From: Spirochaetia bacterium | Lineage (GTDB): Bacteria > Spirochaetota > Spirochaetia > SZUA-6 > Bin103 | Direction: 5' to 3' | Assembly: GCA_965203515.1 (NCBI GenBank) | Contig: OZ241907.1 | Location: 3,776,001-3,840,000, forward strand | DNA: 64,000 bases | Shown: positions 40,474 to 50,446 of the stretch, piece by piece | Numbering within the stretch: position 1 is the first letter of the stretch | Layout of the letters: each line of letters opens with the position of its first letter | The notes under the pieces: model-generated | Told to the model about the DNA's origin: nothing | What the model saw: only the letters and a program-made list of their open reading frames with translations | Databases searched by the model: none | Position numbers and translations under genes: made by a program

Positions 40474-41472
40474 TCAGTCGTAGCGGATACGCGGATCGAG
40501 CCACGCCAGCGCGATATCGGCGAGGAGGTTTCCCAACAGCAGAAAGATCCCGAAGAACTGCAGGATGCTTCCCGCCAGATAGACGTCCTCTTGCAGGAGC
40601 GCTCTGAACAGCAATGGCCCGGCGGTGGGAAGATTCAGCACGATCGAGGTGATCGTCTCTCCCGACAGCATGGCCGGCAACGACAGGCCCAGGGCGCTGA
40701 TGAAGGGGTTGAACGCGATGCGGACGCTGTGACGCCTGATGACGACCGGTTCGGCCATGCCCTTGGAGCGCGCGGTCGTCACGTGCGGCTGCTGCAGCAC
40801 TTCCAACAGATTGCCGCGCATGATGCGGATGGTGCTGGCCGTGCCGGCGGTGCCGATGACGATGACCGGAATCCACAGATTCCTGGCCAAGTCCCACAAC
40901 TTGCCGAGGCTCCATGGCGCATCCTCGTATTCCATGGAGAGCAGACGTCCCACCGGCAGGTCGAGCGCGTACAGCGCGAACACCATCAGCACCAGCGCCA
41001 GGAAGAAGTTGGGTATCGACAGACCGATGAAGCCCGCGAAGGTCGCGGCATGGTCGCCCAGGCTGTTCTTGTGGGTGGCGGTATAGATGCCGATCGGAAT
41101 GCCGATGGCCCACGTGAACAGCAGCGTCACCAGCGACAGGCCGAAGCTGATCAGCAGTCGGTCCTCCAGCAGCTCCCGCACCGGCAGGAACGTCTCCAGC
41201 GACAGGCCGAAGTCGCCGCGCATGAAGTTGCCGATCCAGAACAGGTACTGCTGCCATTGCGGCCTGTCGAGGCCGAAGCGCGCCCGGATGTTGTCCGCCA
41301 GCTCCTGGGCCGCCTGGGCGTTGATGACGCGCGCGTCGGTGCCGGCGGCAAGCGCGATCAGGTTCGACGCGTAGTCCCCCGGCGGCAACTGAATGGTAAC
41401 GAAGACCACGATCGAGATCAGGAAGAACGACACGATCATGGTCAGCACCCTGCGGATGATGAACGCCGTCAT
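40474..41472 (-). CDS. ABC permease (OppB/DppB-like)
   Basis: FIIRR...PGD, FGLDRP, TARSKG, DIALAWLDPRIRY. Confidence 0.93.
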   Translation of the reverse strand: MTAFIIRRVLTMIVSFFLISIVVFVTIQLPPGDYASNLIALAAGTDARVINAQAAQELADNIRARFGLDRPQWQQYLFWIGNFMRGDFGLSLETFLPVRELLEDRLLISFGLSLVTLLFTWAIGIPIGIYTATHKNSLGDHAATFAGFIGLSIPNFFLALVLMVFALYALDLPVGRLLSMEYEDAPWSLGKLWDLARNLWIPVIVIGTAGTASTIRIMRGNLLEVLQQPHVTTARSKGMAEPVVIRRHSVRIAFNPFISALGLSLPAMLSGETITSIVLNLPTAGPLLFRALLQEDVYLAGSILQFFGIFLLLGNLLADIALAWLDPRIRYD

Positions 41473-41482
41473 TCCGGTACCA

Positions 41483-41512
41483 AGGGACTGACGGAAGCTC
41501 CCGCCAGTCCCT
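41483..41512 (-). terminator. Strong stem-loop between the SBP and permease genes (partial terminator or mRNA stabiliser)
   Basis: Minus strand AGGGACTGGCGG-GAGCTT-CCGTCAGTCCCT; 12-bp stem with one G:U pair. Confidence 0.7.
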
Positions 41513-41532
41513 GCGTATCAGCCTCTCACGAT

Positions 41533-43371
41533 CTACTTGAAGTAGAACTGGTCCAGGTGCGCGGACATGATCCCCTTCAGCTTCACGCCGGTCTCCGGCA
41601 TGTTGCCGATCCCGTCGCTGCGCAGCACCGGGATCGGGACCTCGGCTATGTAGGCGATCTGAAACAGCACGTCCTCGCCCATCATGACGTAGAACTGCTT
41701 GACCAGATCGACGAATCGCTCGGCGTCGAGCTCCGATGTCAGCGCCTGCTCCAGCTCCCAGATATCCCGGTACTCCTGCGGCGGATCCACCAGCCCGTGC
41801 CCGCACATGTGCGAGAGCGGACTGAACTGGCGGCCCAGGAAGGTGTGCGGCAGGTACGGCTCGAAGGACGGGCCGACCCACATGATCGCCTCGCCGTCGC
41901 CGCCGCAACGTGCGGCCCAGGCCGAACCGGCAAGGACGTCCATGGTCGCGTCGATACCGATGTCCCGCCAATAGCCTACGACCAGCTCGGCCGGAGAGAT
42001 CGTATCCGGTATGCCCGAGTGCACGTCCAGGACGATCGTCACCTTCCCGCCGTCCGGATACTCTAGCAGGCCGTCACCGTTGGTGTCCTTGAGACCGAGT
42101 CCCTCCAGCAAGCTGCGCGCGCGTTCGGGATCGTACCCGGCGTACGTGTCCATCCGCGGGTCATGGAAGACCGATTTCGGCGACACGACCGTGCCGGCCG
42201 TCTCGCCCAGTCCGAAGTAGAGCGTATCGTTCATCTCGTCGCGGTTGAGAGCCAGCGAGAGCGCCCGGCGGAAGTCGATCTGGCGGATGTAGCGGGCAAG
42301 CTGCTCGTTGGTCGGCTCCACGATGAGGTTGACCCAACCCTGCCGCGAGCCGCCCGTCCACATGTCGATGGTGTAGTCGCCGCGCTGCTGGCCATCGCGC
42401 AGAACCTGCAGGTCGGAGAGCGCGATGAGTCCCTGCTGCGCGTCCACTTCACCTTGCACCATCGCCAGGATGGCCGCCTCCTCGTTGGCCACGACCCGGC
42501 GTTCGATTCGATCGATGTAGGGAAGCTGGTTCCCGGCGGCGTCGACCACCGGATAGTAGGGATTGCGCACCGCCACCAGCTTGCCGGCCGGGTCGTAGCT
42601 TTCCAACACCCAGGGGCCAAGCCAGGGCTGCTCGGGGTGCTCCTCCCGGTTCATCCGGCGATGGAGGTCCTCGTAGGTTCGGTCGGGGTTCACCTCCGGA
42701 TGGTAGTCCTCCAGCCAGTGCTTGGCGTGCGTGCTTTCGGCCAGGATCCACATGTGCATGAGCGGATGCGGCACCGGCGAGGTGAAGCGCACCGTCCGCT
42801 CGTCGATCGCCTCCACCGTGACCACGTCCTCGCCGATCTGCGCGAACCATCGCGGGATCTGGTTCACCTCAGGGTGGATATGGACCATGTTGTAGACCCA
42901 GGCGATATCCTCGGCCGTGAACGGCTCGCCGTCCGACCATCGCGTGTTCTCCCGGATCGTCCCCTCGAACAGCGTGAAGTCGTCGTTGATCGTGAAGCTG
43001 TCGAAATAGAACGGATTGAGCGTGTTCTCGCCCAGGTGCATCCCGTCCTCGACCCACTGATGGACGTCGAACGGGATGTCGAAGGCGATGCCGCCGCCTT
43101 CGGTGTTGTAGCCGGCCAAGTCGAGCCAGCCGATGCTGGGCTTGCCAAGGTCGACGCCTCGCAGCGTGCCGCCGTACGTGCCGATTTCACCGTAGACCTC
43201 GCGCACGAACGGGTTGTTCGATACGCGTTCCTCCACAGGGGGGAGTTCGCCCCGCGCCACCATCGCCGCCAGCATCGGCGCCTCTTGATACTCGGCCACG
43301 CCATACGTCGCGGCGAGGAGCATCATCCCGGTCGAAAACGTTGCGAGAGACCAGAGCCTTCGTGTTGCCAC
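41533..43371 (-). CDS. ABC substrate-binding protein, family 5 (probably carbohydrate-binding subgroup)
   Basis: Signal peptide, EAPMLAAMVARGELPPVEERV, GTYGGTL, RWSDGEPFTAED, NPYY...GNQLPYID, FRRALSLALNR; AAGGAG before GTG 43371. Confidence 0.92.
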   Translation of the reverse strand: MATRRLWSLATFSTGMMLLAATYGVAEYQEAPMLAAMVARGELPPVEERVSNNPFVREVYGEIGTYGGTLRGVDLGKPSIGWLDLAGYNTEGGGIAFDIPFDVHQWVEDGMHLGENTLNPFYFDSFTINDDFTLFEGTIRENTRWSDGEPFTAEDIAWVYNMVHIHPEVNQIPRWFAQIGEDVVTVEAIDERTVRFTSPVPHPLMHMWILAESTHAKHWLEDYHPEVNPDRTYEDLHRRMNREEHPEQPWLGPWVLESYDPAGKLVAVRNPYYPVVDAAGNQLPYIDRIERRVVANEEAAILAMVQGEVDAQQGLIALSDLQVLRDGQQRGDYTIDMWTGGSRQGWVNLIVEPTNEQLARYIRQIDFRRALSLALNRDEMNDTLYFGLGETAGTVVSPKSVFHDPRMDTYAGYDPERARSLLEGLGLKDTNGDGLLEYPDGGKVTIVLDVHSGIPDTISPAELVVGYWRDIGIDATMDVLAGSAWAARCGGDGEAIMWVGPSFEPYLPHTFLGRQFSPLSHMCGHGLVDPPQEYRDIWELEQALTSELDAERFVDLVKQFYVMMGEDVLFQIAYIAEVPIPVLRSDGIGNMPETGVKLKGIMSAHLDQFYFK

Positions 43372-43450
43372 CGTCTTCTCCTTATGCGCGACCGCGTTTC
43401 GGTCCCGCGGGCGCGGCGGTCCTCCGATCGGCGCGAATCGCCGATTCTCA

Positions 43451-43479
43451 ATCGTCGCCCGCGCCGCCGAGCGTGTCAA
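43451..43479 (-). promoter_or_regulatory. Possible sigma70 promoter of the ABC operon
   Basis: TTGACA (43479-43474), 17 bp, weak -10 GACGAT; nearby palindrome CGATT-ctc-AATCG. Confidence 0.35.
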
Positions 43480-43564
43480 CGGACAGGCAACGCGGTCCGG
43501 GGTCATGCGCATGCGGACGGTCCGGGCTTGCCGCTCGCGCGGCATGCTCGGCACACTCGCGGCC

Positions 43565-44035
43565 ATGGACCTCCTGATCGACGTGGAGACGCTCGGGACG
43601 CTCATCGTCACGGTCGATGACGACGGCGTGATCAGCCGGATCACCTTCAGCGACGAGCCGATCGGCGGCGCGGGAACGAACGGGCGGCGCCCGGAGCCGC
43701 CCATGAGCGACGTCGAACGCGAGATACATCGCTATCTGGCCGGCGAGCTGATGGCCATGCGGCTGCGGTATCGCGCGCACGGCACGCCGTTTCAGCAGGC
43801 GGTCTGGGAGCAGTTGACGCGCATCCCGTACGGAACCACCGCCACCTACGGTCAGATCGCCGCGCGCGTCGGCCGGCCCGGCGCGGCGCGCGCGGTCGGC
43901 AACGCCTGCGGCGCCAACCCGGTGCCGCTGCTGATCCCGTGCCACCGGGCGGTCGCCGCCAACGGCGGTCTGGGAGGCTTTACGAGCGGCGTGTGGCGCA
44001 AGCGGTTGCTGATCGCGATGGAAGGCGAACTGTAA
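43565..44035 (+). CDS. ogt: Methylated-DNA--protein-cysteine S-methyltransferase
   Basis: GTPFQQAVW, IPYG, ARAVGNACGANP, active site PCHR. Confidence 0.93.
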   Translation: MDLLIDVETLGTLIVTVDDDGVISRITFSDEPIGGAGTNGRRPEPPMSDVEREIHRYLAGELMAMRLRYRAHGTPFQQAVWEQLTRIPYGTTATYGQIAARVGRPGAARAVGNACGANPVPLLIPCHRAVAANGGLGGFTSGVWRKRLLIAMEGEL

Positions 44036-46292
44036 AGGAGAGCCCGCCGCCCCGGTCCAGACCGATCGACACCGCGGCGCCGGCCGGCAGCCGGGCGGCC
44101 AGCAGGTCATCGGTCAGCCGATCCTCCACTTCGCGTTGGAACAGCGCGATGAGCGGGCGGGCGCCGGCCGCCGGGTCGTAGCCGCGCTCCGCCAGGGAGG
44201 CGCGCGCGGGCCCGGTCAGCGTGACGGTCACCCGCCGCCCGCGCAGCCGTCCGGCCAACTCGGCCAGCAAGCGGTCGACGATCCGCTCGACCACCTCGCG
44301 GCCGAGCGGAGCGAAGGTGACGATGGCGTCCAGCCGATTGATGAACTCGGGGCGAAAGAGCCGCTTGACCGCCTTTTCGCCCTCGGCAGCGGCGGGCGGG
44401 CGGGGGCCGTCGTCACCGTCGGTCGCAAAGCCGACCGGCGGCTCGGTCATCTCGCGGGAGCCGGCGTTGGAGGTCATGAGCAGCAGCGTGTGCTGGAACC
44501 GGGCGCTGCGGCCCTCCCCGTCGGTAAGCGCCGCGTAGTCCATGATCTGCAGCAGCAGGTCGAAGATGTCGGGATGCGCCTTTTCCACTTCGTCGAGCAG
44601 GATGACGCTGTGCGGTGCCTTGATCACCGCGTCGGTGAGCAGTCCGCCGGACTCGTGCCCGACATAGCCGGGCGGCGCTCCGATCAGCCGTGACGCGGTG
44701 TGCTTCTCCAGGTACTCGCTCATGTCGAAGCGGTGGAGCGGCACGCCCAGGGCGGAGGCGAGGCGGCGGGCCAACTCGGTCTTGCCCACCCCGCTCGGCC
44801 CCGTGAACAGGAACGACCCGATGGGACGCCGCGGCTCGCGCATGCCGGCGACGTCCCGCTTGACGGCGCGCATCACCTGTTCGATCGCGGCGTCCTGGCC
44901 GAACACGCCGGCGCGGAGCGCGGCCTCCACCCGCGCCGGCCGATCGCGCGTGGCGCCGGACAGCGACTCCAGCGGCCGTTTGGTCATGCGCGCCACCACG
45001 CGCTGAATGTCGCGGCGGTCGATCGTGCGGGCGCCGGCCCCGCCGCCGGTCCGATGCCTGGCCGCCGAGCGGTGCCTGGCCGCCGAGCGGTGCTTGGCCG
45101 CCGAGCCGGCCTCATCCAGCACGTCGATCGCCTTGTCCGGCAGGCGGCGATCGGCGACGTGCAGGTCGGACAGCTCGACCGCCGCCCGCAGCGCGCGCGG
45201 GCTGTAGCGCACGCCGTGGAAGCGCTCGTAGCCGGGCGCCAGCCCGCGCAGGATCGTGGCCGCCTCTTCGCGGGTCGGTTCGTCGATGACGACCTTCTGA
45301 AAGCGCCGCGACAAGGCATGATCCTTCTCGAACGAACGGCGGTATTCGTCGTGCGTGGTGGCGCCGATGCAGCGCAGGCCGCCGGAGGCGAGCTGCGGTT
45401 TGAGGATGTTGGAGGCGTCCATGGAGCCGCCGCCGGTGGCGCCGGCGCCGACGATGGTGTGTATCTCGTCGATGAACAGCACCGCCTGCGGGATCGCCGC
45501 CAGATCGGCCATGACCGCCTTGAGGCGAGCTTCGAAGTCGCCCCGGAACCGGGTGCCGGCCAGCAACGCGCCCATGTCCAGGGCGAAGATGCGCAGGTCG
45601 GCGAACGCCGGCGCCGCCTCTCCCCGTTCGATCAGACGCGCCAGGCCCTCGGCGATCGCGGTCTTGCCCACGCCGGCGTCGCCGACCAGGAGCGGATTGT
45701 TCTTGTAGCGCCGGCCCAGGATCTGCTGCACGCGCGCCAACTCCTCGGTGCGGCCGATCAGCGGATCGATCTCGCCCCGGCCGGCGCGAAGGTTGAGGTC
45801 GGTCGCGTAGCGGCCGAGCGCCGCCGGCTCGCGGCCGGCCGGCGCGGCCGCGGCCGGCGCTTCCTGCCGGTGGGAGATGAACTCCAGCACGTCCAGGCGC
45901 GAGACGCCCTGCCGGCGGAGGAACCAGGCGGCGTGCGACCGCTCTTCCTGCAGCAACGCCGCCAGCACGTCGCCGGCGCCGGCGGTCCGCCGTTCGGCCG
46001 ACTGCGCGTGGGCGTGCACCTGATCGATCACCCGGTGCAGGGCGTCGGTGAGGTCGATCTCGTAGGGCGCCTCGCCGGGGACCGATTCCAGCGATTCGCC
46101 GAAGTGGCGTTCGAGCTGGCGGAGGATCGCCGCTACGTCGCCGCCGCAGCCGCGCACGATCGCGGACGCCACCTCGCCGTGCAGCAGGGCGAACAGCAGG
46201 TGCTCCAGGGTGACGAACTGATGGCGGCGGCTCTCGGCTTCGCGAAACGCGGTCTGCAGGGTGAATTCGACGTCCCGGGAGAGCAGACTCAT
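43980..46292 (-). CDS. clpA: ATP-dependent Clp protease ATP-binding subunit ClpA
   Basis: Clp N domain; two AAA modules (GDAGVGKT/FIDEIH and GPSGVGKT/LLDEVEK); no ClpB middle coil; VGF loop; directly downstream of clpS. Confidence 0.93.
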   Translation of the reverse strand: MSLLSRDVEFTLQTAFREAESRRHQFVTLEHLLFALLHGEVASAIVRGCGGDVAAILRQLERHFGESLESVPGEAPYEIDLTDALHRVIDQVHAHAQSAERRTAGAGDVLAALLQEERSHAAWFLRRQGVSRLDVLEFISHRQEAPAAAAPAGREPAALGRYATDLNLRAGRGEIDPLIGRTEELARVQQILGRRYKNNPLLVGDAGVGKTAIAEGLARLIERGEAAPAFADLRIFALDMGALLAGTRFRGDFEARLKAVMADLAAIPQAVLFIDEIHTIVGAGATGGGSMDASNILKPQLASGGLRCIGATTHDEYRRSFEKDHALSRRFQKVVIDEPTREEAATILRGLAPGYERFHGVRYSPRALRAAVELSDLHVADRRLPDKAIDVLDEAGSAAKHRSAARHRSAARHRTGGGAGARTIDRRDIQRVVARMTKRPLESLSGATRDRPARVEAALRAGVFGQDAAIEQVMRAVKRDVAGMREPRRPIGSFLFTGPSGVGKTELARRLASALGVPLHRFDMSEYLEKHTASRLIGAPPGYVGHESGGLLTDAVIKAPHSVILLDEVEKAHPDIFDLLLQIMDYAALTDGEGRSARFQHTLLLMTSNAGSREMTEPPVGFATDGDDGPRPPAAAEGEKAVKRLFRPEFINRLDAIVTFAPLGREVVERIVDRLLAELAGRLRGRRVTVTLTGPARASLAERGYDPAAGARPLIALFQREVEDRLTDDLLAARLPAGAAVSIGLDRGGGLSFTVRLPSRSATACATRRS

Positions 46293-46594
46293 GCCGGCTC
46301 CACCGAGCAGCGCAGCGGAAAGCCGCGTTCGCGCGCCATGCGGTGCACGGCGCTCACCTTGGATTCCGCGATCTGCTCCGGGTATTCGCCGCAGACGCCG
46401 ACCCCGCGCCGGTGGATCTGCAGCATTACCGCGGTCGCCTCCGAGGGGCTCTTGAAGAAGACCCGTTCCAGGACCGCGACGACGAAATCCATGGTGGTGT
46501 AGTCGTCGTTGTGCATGAGGACGCGAACCGGGGGCAGCGCGTCGACCTCGGAGTCGATCGCCGACTCGACCTCTCTGAGCGGATCGTCGTGCAC
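46289..46594 (-). CDS. clpS: ClpS N-degron adaptor
   Basis: VLMHNDDYTTMDFVV...MLQIHRRGVGVCG...FPLRC; C-terminal part of track ORF 46289..48460; GTG start at 46594. Confidence 0.93.
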   Translation of the reverse strand: MHDDPLREVESAIDSEVDALPPVRVLMHNDDYTTMDFVVAVLERVFFKSPSEATAVMLQIHRRGVGVCGEYPEQIAESKVSAVHRMARERGFPLRCSVEPA

Positions 46595-46675
46595 GGTTCG
46601 GAACTGTGACAAAGATAGCCGCGCCGCCGGCGGACGGTCAATCATCGAACGGACCGGATCGGCTACGATCGGCGC

Positions 46676-48205
46676 GTGCTCTTCGCCGAGTTGGCCGCGG
46701 TGTCGACGACGGTCGGCGCCACCCGCAGCCGCAGCGCCAAGGTGGAGGCGCTGGCCGCGTGTCTGCGGGCGCTGGCCGAAGAAGCCGATCCGGCGGCGCT
46801 GGCGGCCGGCGTCTGCTTCCTGGCGGGGCGACTGCGGCAGGGCCGGCTGGGAATCGGTCCTGCCGCGGCCGCCCCGTTGCTCGGGGCGCCGGCCGCCGCA
46901 GGCGACCCGCTCACGGTGGGCGAGGTCGACGCCGCTCTGGAGGACTACCAGCGCCGGCGTCCGCGCCGCGCGGACCGGCTGCGCCTTCTGTTCGGCCGAG
47001 CGTCGGCGGCCGAGCGCGACTATCTGCTGCGGCTGCTGATCGGCGAGGTGCGCCAGGGCGCCCTGGACGGCCTCCTGGTCGAGGCCGTGGCGGTGGCCGC
47101 CGAGGCGCCGCTCGACCGGGTCCGCCGCGCGCTCATGGTGTCGGGCGACCTGCCGGCGGTGACCCAGGCGGCCCTGCGCGGCGGCGACCGACTGCAGGCG
47201 TTCCGGCTGCAGGTGTTCCGGCCGGTGGAGCCGATGCTGGCGCAATCGGCGCCCACGGTGGCCGCGGCGCTGGGCCGCACCGGCGCAGCCGCCGTGGAGG
47301 CCAAGCTGGACGGCATGCGGGTGCAGATCCACCGCGACGGGGACGCGGTGCGCGTCTTCACGCGCAGCTTGCGCGACGTGACCGCCGGCCTGCCGGCGGC
47401 GGTGGCGGCCGGCCGGCGCCTGCGCGCGAGGTCCGCCGTGGTCGACGGCGAGGCGATCGCCCTGGGCGCCGGCGGGCGGCCGCGCCCGTTCCAGGAGACC
47501 ATGAGCGCCGCCGGCCGGGATGAAGGCGAGCCCGCCGATCCGGTCTCCATCTTTCTGTTCGATTGCCTGTTTCGGGACGGCCGGGACCTGACCGATGAGC
47601 CGTGGTCGGAGCGGCGGCAGGCGCTCGCGGCGATCTGTCCGGCGGAGCTGCTGGTCGACGCGGTGCGCACCGACGACCCGGAAGAGGCGCAACGGTTTGC
47701 CGACCGGACCCTGCAGGCCGGGCATGAGGGCGTGGTGGTCAAGGCGGCCGGCGGCGCGTACGAGGCGGGCCGGCGGGGCCACGCCTGGATCAAGGTCAAA
47801 CCGGCGCTGACGCTCGACCTGGTCGTGCTGGCCGCCGAATGGGGCTCCGGGCGCCGCGCCGGCAGCCTGAGCAATCTCCATCTGGGAGCGCGAGATCCGG
47901 CCGGCGGCTTCGTGATGCTCGGCAAGACCTTCAAGGGCATGACCGACGAGGTGTTGCGCTGGCAGACCGAGCGGCTGCAGGCGTTGGCGACGCGGCGGGA
48001 GGGGCGCGTCGTCCACGTACGGCCGGAGCTGGTCGCGGAGATCGCCTTCGACGGCATCCAGACCAGCCGCCGCTATCCGGGCGGCATGGCGCTCCGCTTC
48101 GCCCGCCTGCGCCGGTACCGGCACGACAAGGGCGCCGGCCAAGCCGACACCATCGAGGCGGTGCGCCGCCTGCACCGGCGCGGCGCCGCGGCGGAGCCGA
48201 AGTGA
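46676..48205 (+). CDS. ATP-dependent DNA ligase
   Basis: PMLA; motif I EAKLDGMRVQIH; VDGE; FDCL; EGVVVK; WIKVK; OB domain LRFAR. Confidence 0.93.
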   Translation: MLFAELAAVSTTVGATRSRSAKVEALAACLRALAEEADPAALAAGVCFLAGRLRQGRLGIGPAAAAPLLGAPAAAGDPLTVGEVDAALEDYQRRRPRRADRLRLLFGRASAAERDYLLRLLIGEVRQGALDGLLVEAVAVAAEAPLDRVRRALMVSGDLPAVTQAALRGGDRLQAFRLQVFRPVEPMLAQSAPTVAAALGRTGAAAVEAKLDGMRVQIHRDGDAVRVFTRSLRDVTAGLPAAVAAGRRLRARSAVVDGEAIALGAGGRPRPFQETMSAAGRDEGEPADPVSIFLFDCLFRDGRDLTDEPWSERRQALAAICPAELLVDAVRTDDPEEAQRFADRTLQAGHEGVVVKAAGGAYEAGRRGHAWIKVKPALTLDLVVLAAEWGSGRRAGSLSNLHLGARDPAGGFVMLGKTFKGMTDEVLRWQTERLQALATRREGRVVHVRPELVAEIAFDGIQTSRRYPGGMALRFARLRRYRHDKGAGQADTIEAVRRLHRRGAAAEPK

Positions 48206-48221
48206 CGGGAGCCGGCTGCTC

Positions 48222-48956
48222 CTACCAGGCGAGCGCCGACCGCCGCCCCAGCCTGGCCAGCGCCTCTTCGAGCGCTCCCTTGACGGCGCCGAATACCTGC
48301 ACGCTTTCGATGTGGTCGGCGAGCAGGTGCTTGCCGGCCGCCTTGACCTTTGCCTCCGCGCGCGCGAACTGCTCGGCCACCCGCGGGTCGGCGTGGCCGC
48401 CGGGAATGCCCATCGACTGCGCCATGTCCTCCGGGCCGCCGCCGAAGAAGTCGATGCCATCGACCTGCAGGATGTCGTCGAGGTTGTCGACCGCGGTGAC
48501 GCTCTCGAGCTGCGGGACGACCAGCGTGTTGCGGTTGGCGGCCTCGAACAGCGCGGTCCGGTGCGGGCCGTCCTGGCGCAGCACCATCGGATGGCTGGTC
48601 GAGCTGCGCAGCCCGAGCGGCGCGAAGAAGGTGTACTTGACCAGCGCCTCCGCCTCGGCGCGGGTCTGCAGATTCGGCACCACGATGAGCTGCACGCCGC
48701 GGTCCAGATAAGACAGGATCGTCGACTCCGCGCCGTCCGGGACGCGCATCGTGGTGGTCATGCCGAACCCCTCGGCGATGCGGCAGACGGTGCCGACCTG
48801 CTGCGGCGTCACCGGGGCGTGCTGACCGTCCAGGTTGACGAAGTCGCAGCCCATGCGGCCGGCCAGCTCGACCACCTCCTCCGAAGGCTCGTTCATCGAT
48901 ACGCCCAACGCCTTTTCGCCGCGCGCCTTACGCCATAGAATCCGGTTCTCGATCAT
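48222..48956 (-). CDS. HpcH/HpaI-family class II aldolase
   Basis: MIENR...GCDFVNLDGQH, LDRG...IVVP, QLES, GPEDMAQSMG; AAGGAG 12 nt upstream. Confidence 0.9.
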   Translation of the reverse strand: MIENRILWRKARGEKALGVSMNEPSEEVVELAGRMGCDFVNLDGQHAPVTPQQVGTVCRIAEGFGMTTTMRVPDGAESTILSYLDRGVQLIVVPNLQTRAEAEALVKYTFFAPLGLRSSTSHPMVLRQDGPHRTALFEAANRNTLVVPQLESVTAVDNLDDILQVDGIDFFGGGPEDMAQSMGIPGGHADPRVAEQFARAEAKVKAAGKHLLADHIESVQVFGAVKGALEEALARLGRRSALAW

Positions 48957-50442
48957 GAGAGCTTCGATCTCCTTGCCGGTCGCCGTCCTGGCCGCCATCG
49001 CCCTGCTCGTCCTGTTCGCCCTGCCCGCAGCCGGCGAGCCGACCGCCGCCGGCCCGCCGCGCGTCGTCTCCGCGACCGCGGCCATGCATCCCGACAACAG
49101 CCTTATAGCAGAGATCGCCGTGCAACTCGACGCGCCGGGGCGCGTGTACGTCGAGTACCGGGGGCCGGCCGGCGCGATCCGGTCGCCGACCACGCCGGCG
49201 GCGGCCCGCGCCCACCGGGTGCCGCTGGTGCGCCTGCACCCGCAGACCCGCTATCGCTACGCGGTCATGACGGTCGCCGAGGACGGCGCCGCCACCACCG
49301 CCACTGCCGCCGAGGGCGAGTTCCGCACGCGCGCGTTGCCGCCGGCGCTGGCCCGCCTGCGGATCGACGCCGCCGGCGAGTCGACCGCGGAGCTGGTGCT
49401 GCTCGACCTGCAGGACCACCCCGACAGCTACTTCCTCTACCTGGACCGCTTCGGCCGCATCGTCTGGTACTACCGTAACGCGCCGGTCGTGGCCGACCCG
49501 CCCACGCCGCTGCGGGCGGTGCGCCGGAAGCCCAACCACAACCTGGTCTACTGGGAGGGCGGCCCCACCGGCCGCTTCGTGAACTGCTGCCTGCGCGAGA
49601 TCGACCCCACCGGCCGGGCCGTGACGCGCCTGGTCAACAACGACATCGACAAGTACGCGCACCACGATCTCCTGATCCTGCCGGAGCGGCGGGTGCTCTA
49701 CATCGCCCACGAGATCATCACCATCGACGACACCGCGCGCGGCGGCGATGCGGAGACCCGCGTCCTGATCGATTCGCTGCGCCTCTGGGATCAGGAGACG
49801 CACGCCACCCATGAGCTGTGGGACGCGCGCGACCACCTGTCGCTGGCGGTCCGGGGCCGCTGGTCCGGCGACCCCAAGAACTGGCTCAACGTCAACTCGC
49901 TGGCGCTGGGCGCGCGCGGCAACGTGATCCTGTCGTTGGCCAACCGCAACGAGATCGTCTCCGTCGCGCCCGACTTCAAGAGCATCGAGTGGCGGTTGGG
50001 CGGGCCGGATTCGAGCTACGAGTTCCGCGACCCGACCGACCGGTTCTACTTCCAGCATACGGTCAGCGAGCTGCCGAACGGCAACATCCTGCTCTTCGAC
50101 AACGGCCGCGACCGGCCGGACCAGGAGGGCGGCGAGTACTCGCGAGCCCTGGAGCTGGCGCTCAACACCTACGAGCTGACCGCGGTGAAGGTGTGGGAGT
50201 ACCGCCACGCGCCGGACCTCTTTTCTCCGTCCCGGTCGAGCGCCTACCGGCTGCCGTCCGGCAACACCCTGATCAACTTCGAGACCAACGACCGCGACCC
50301 GCCGCGCGTGATCGTGGAGGCGGACGCCGGCGGCGCCGTCGTCTGGCAGGCGGCGCTGCGCAGCCCGACGATCCGCAACAGCTACCGCGCCTATCCGGCC
50401 GATACGATCATGGGCGAACGCAGGATCGACAGGATAGAGTAG
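48955..50442 (+). CDS. Aryl-sulfate sulfotransferase (ASST)-like secreted protein
   Basis: Signal peptide, N-terminal Ig/FnIII-like region, GRIVWY, AHHD, NSL...ILSL, FYFQH...LLFDNG, SSAYRLPSGNTLI. Confidence 0.82.
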   Translation: MRASISLPVAVLAAIALLVLFALPAAGEPTAAGPPRVVSATAAMHPDNSLIAEIAVQLDAPGRVYVEYRGPAGAIRSPTTPAAARAHRVPLVRLHPQTRYRYAVMTVAEDGAATTATAAEGEFRTRALPPALARLRIDAAGESTAELVLLDLQDHPDSYFLYLDRFGRIVWYYRNAPVVADPPTPLRAVRRKPNHNLVYWEGGPTGRFVNCCLREIDPTGRAVTRLVNNDIDKYAHHDLLILPERRVLYIAHEIITIDDTARGGDAETRVLIDSLRLWDQETHATHELWDARDHLSLAVRGRWSGDPKNWLNVNSLALGARGNVILSLANRNEIVSVAPDFKSIEWRLGGPDSSYEFRDPTDRFYFQHTVSELPNGNILLFDNGRDRPDQEGGEYSRALELALNTYELTAVKVWEYRHAPDLFSPSRSSAYRLPSGNTLINFETNDRDPPRVIVEADAGGAVVWQAALRSPTIRNSYRAYPADTIMGERRIDRIE

Positions 50443-50446
50443 CGCC

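Noticed and set aside
46676..48205. NHEJ system explaining the many microdeletions
   Set aside because: No Ku or LigD domains in the window; any link would be speculation.
46289..48460. 723-aa ClpS fusion
   Set aside because: The upstream part is antisense to the DNA ligase; only the last 101 aa are ClpS.
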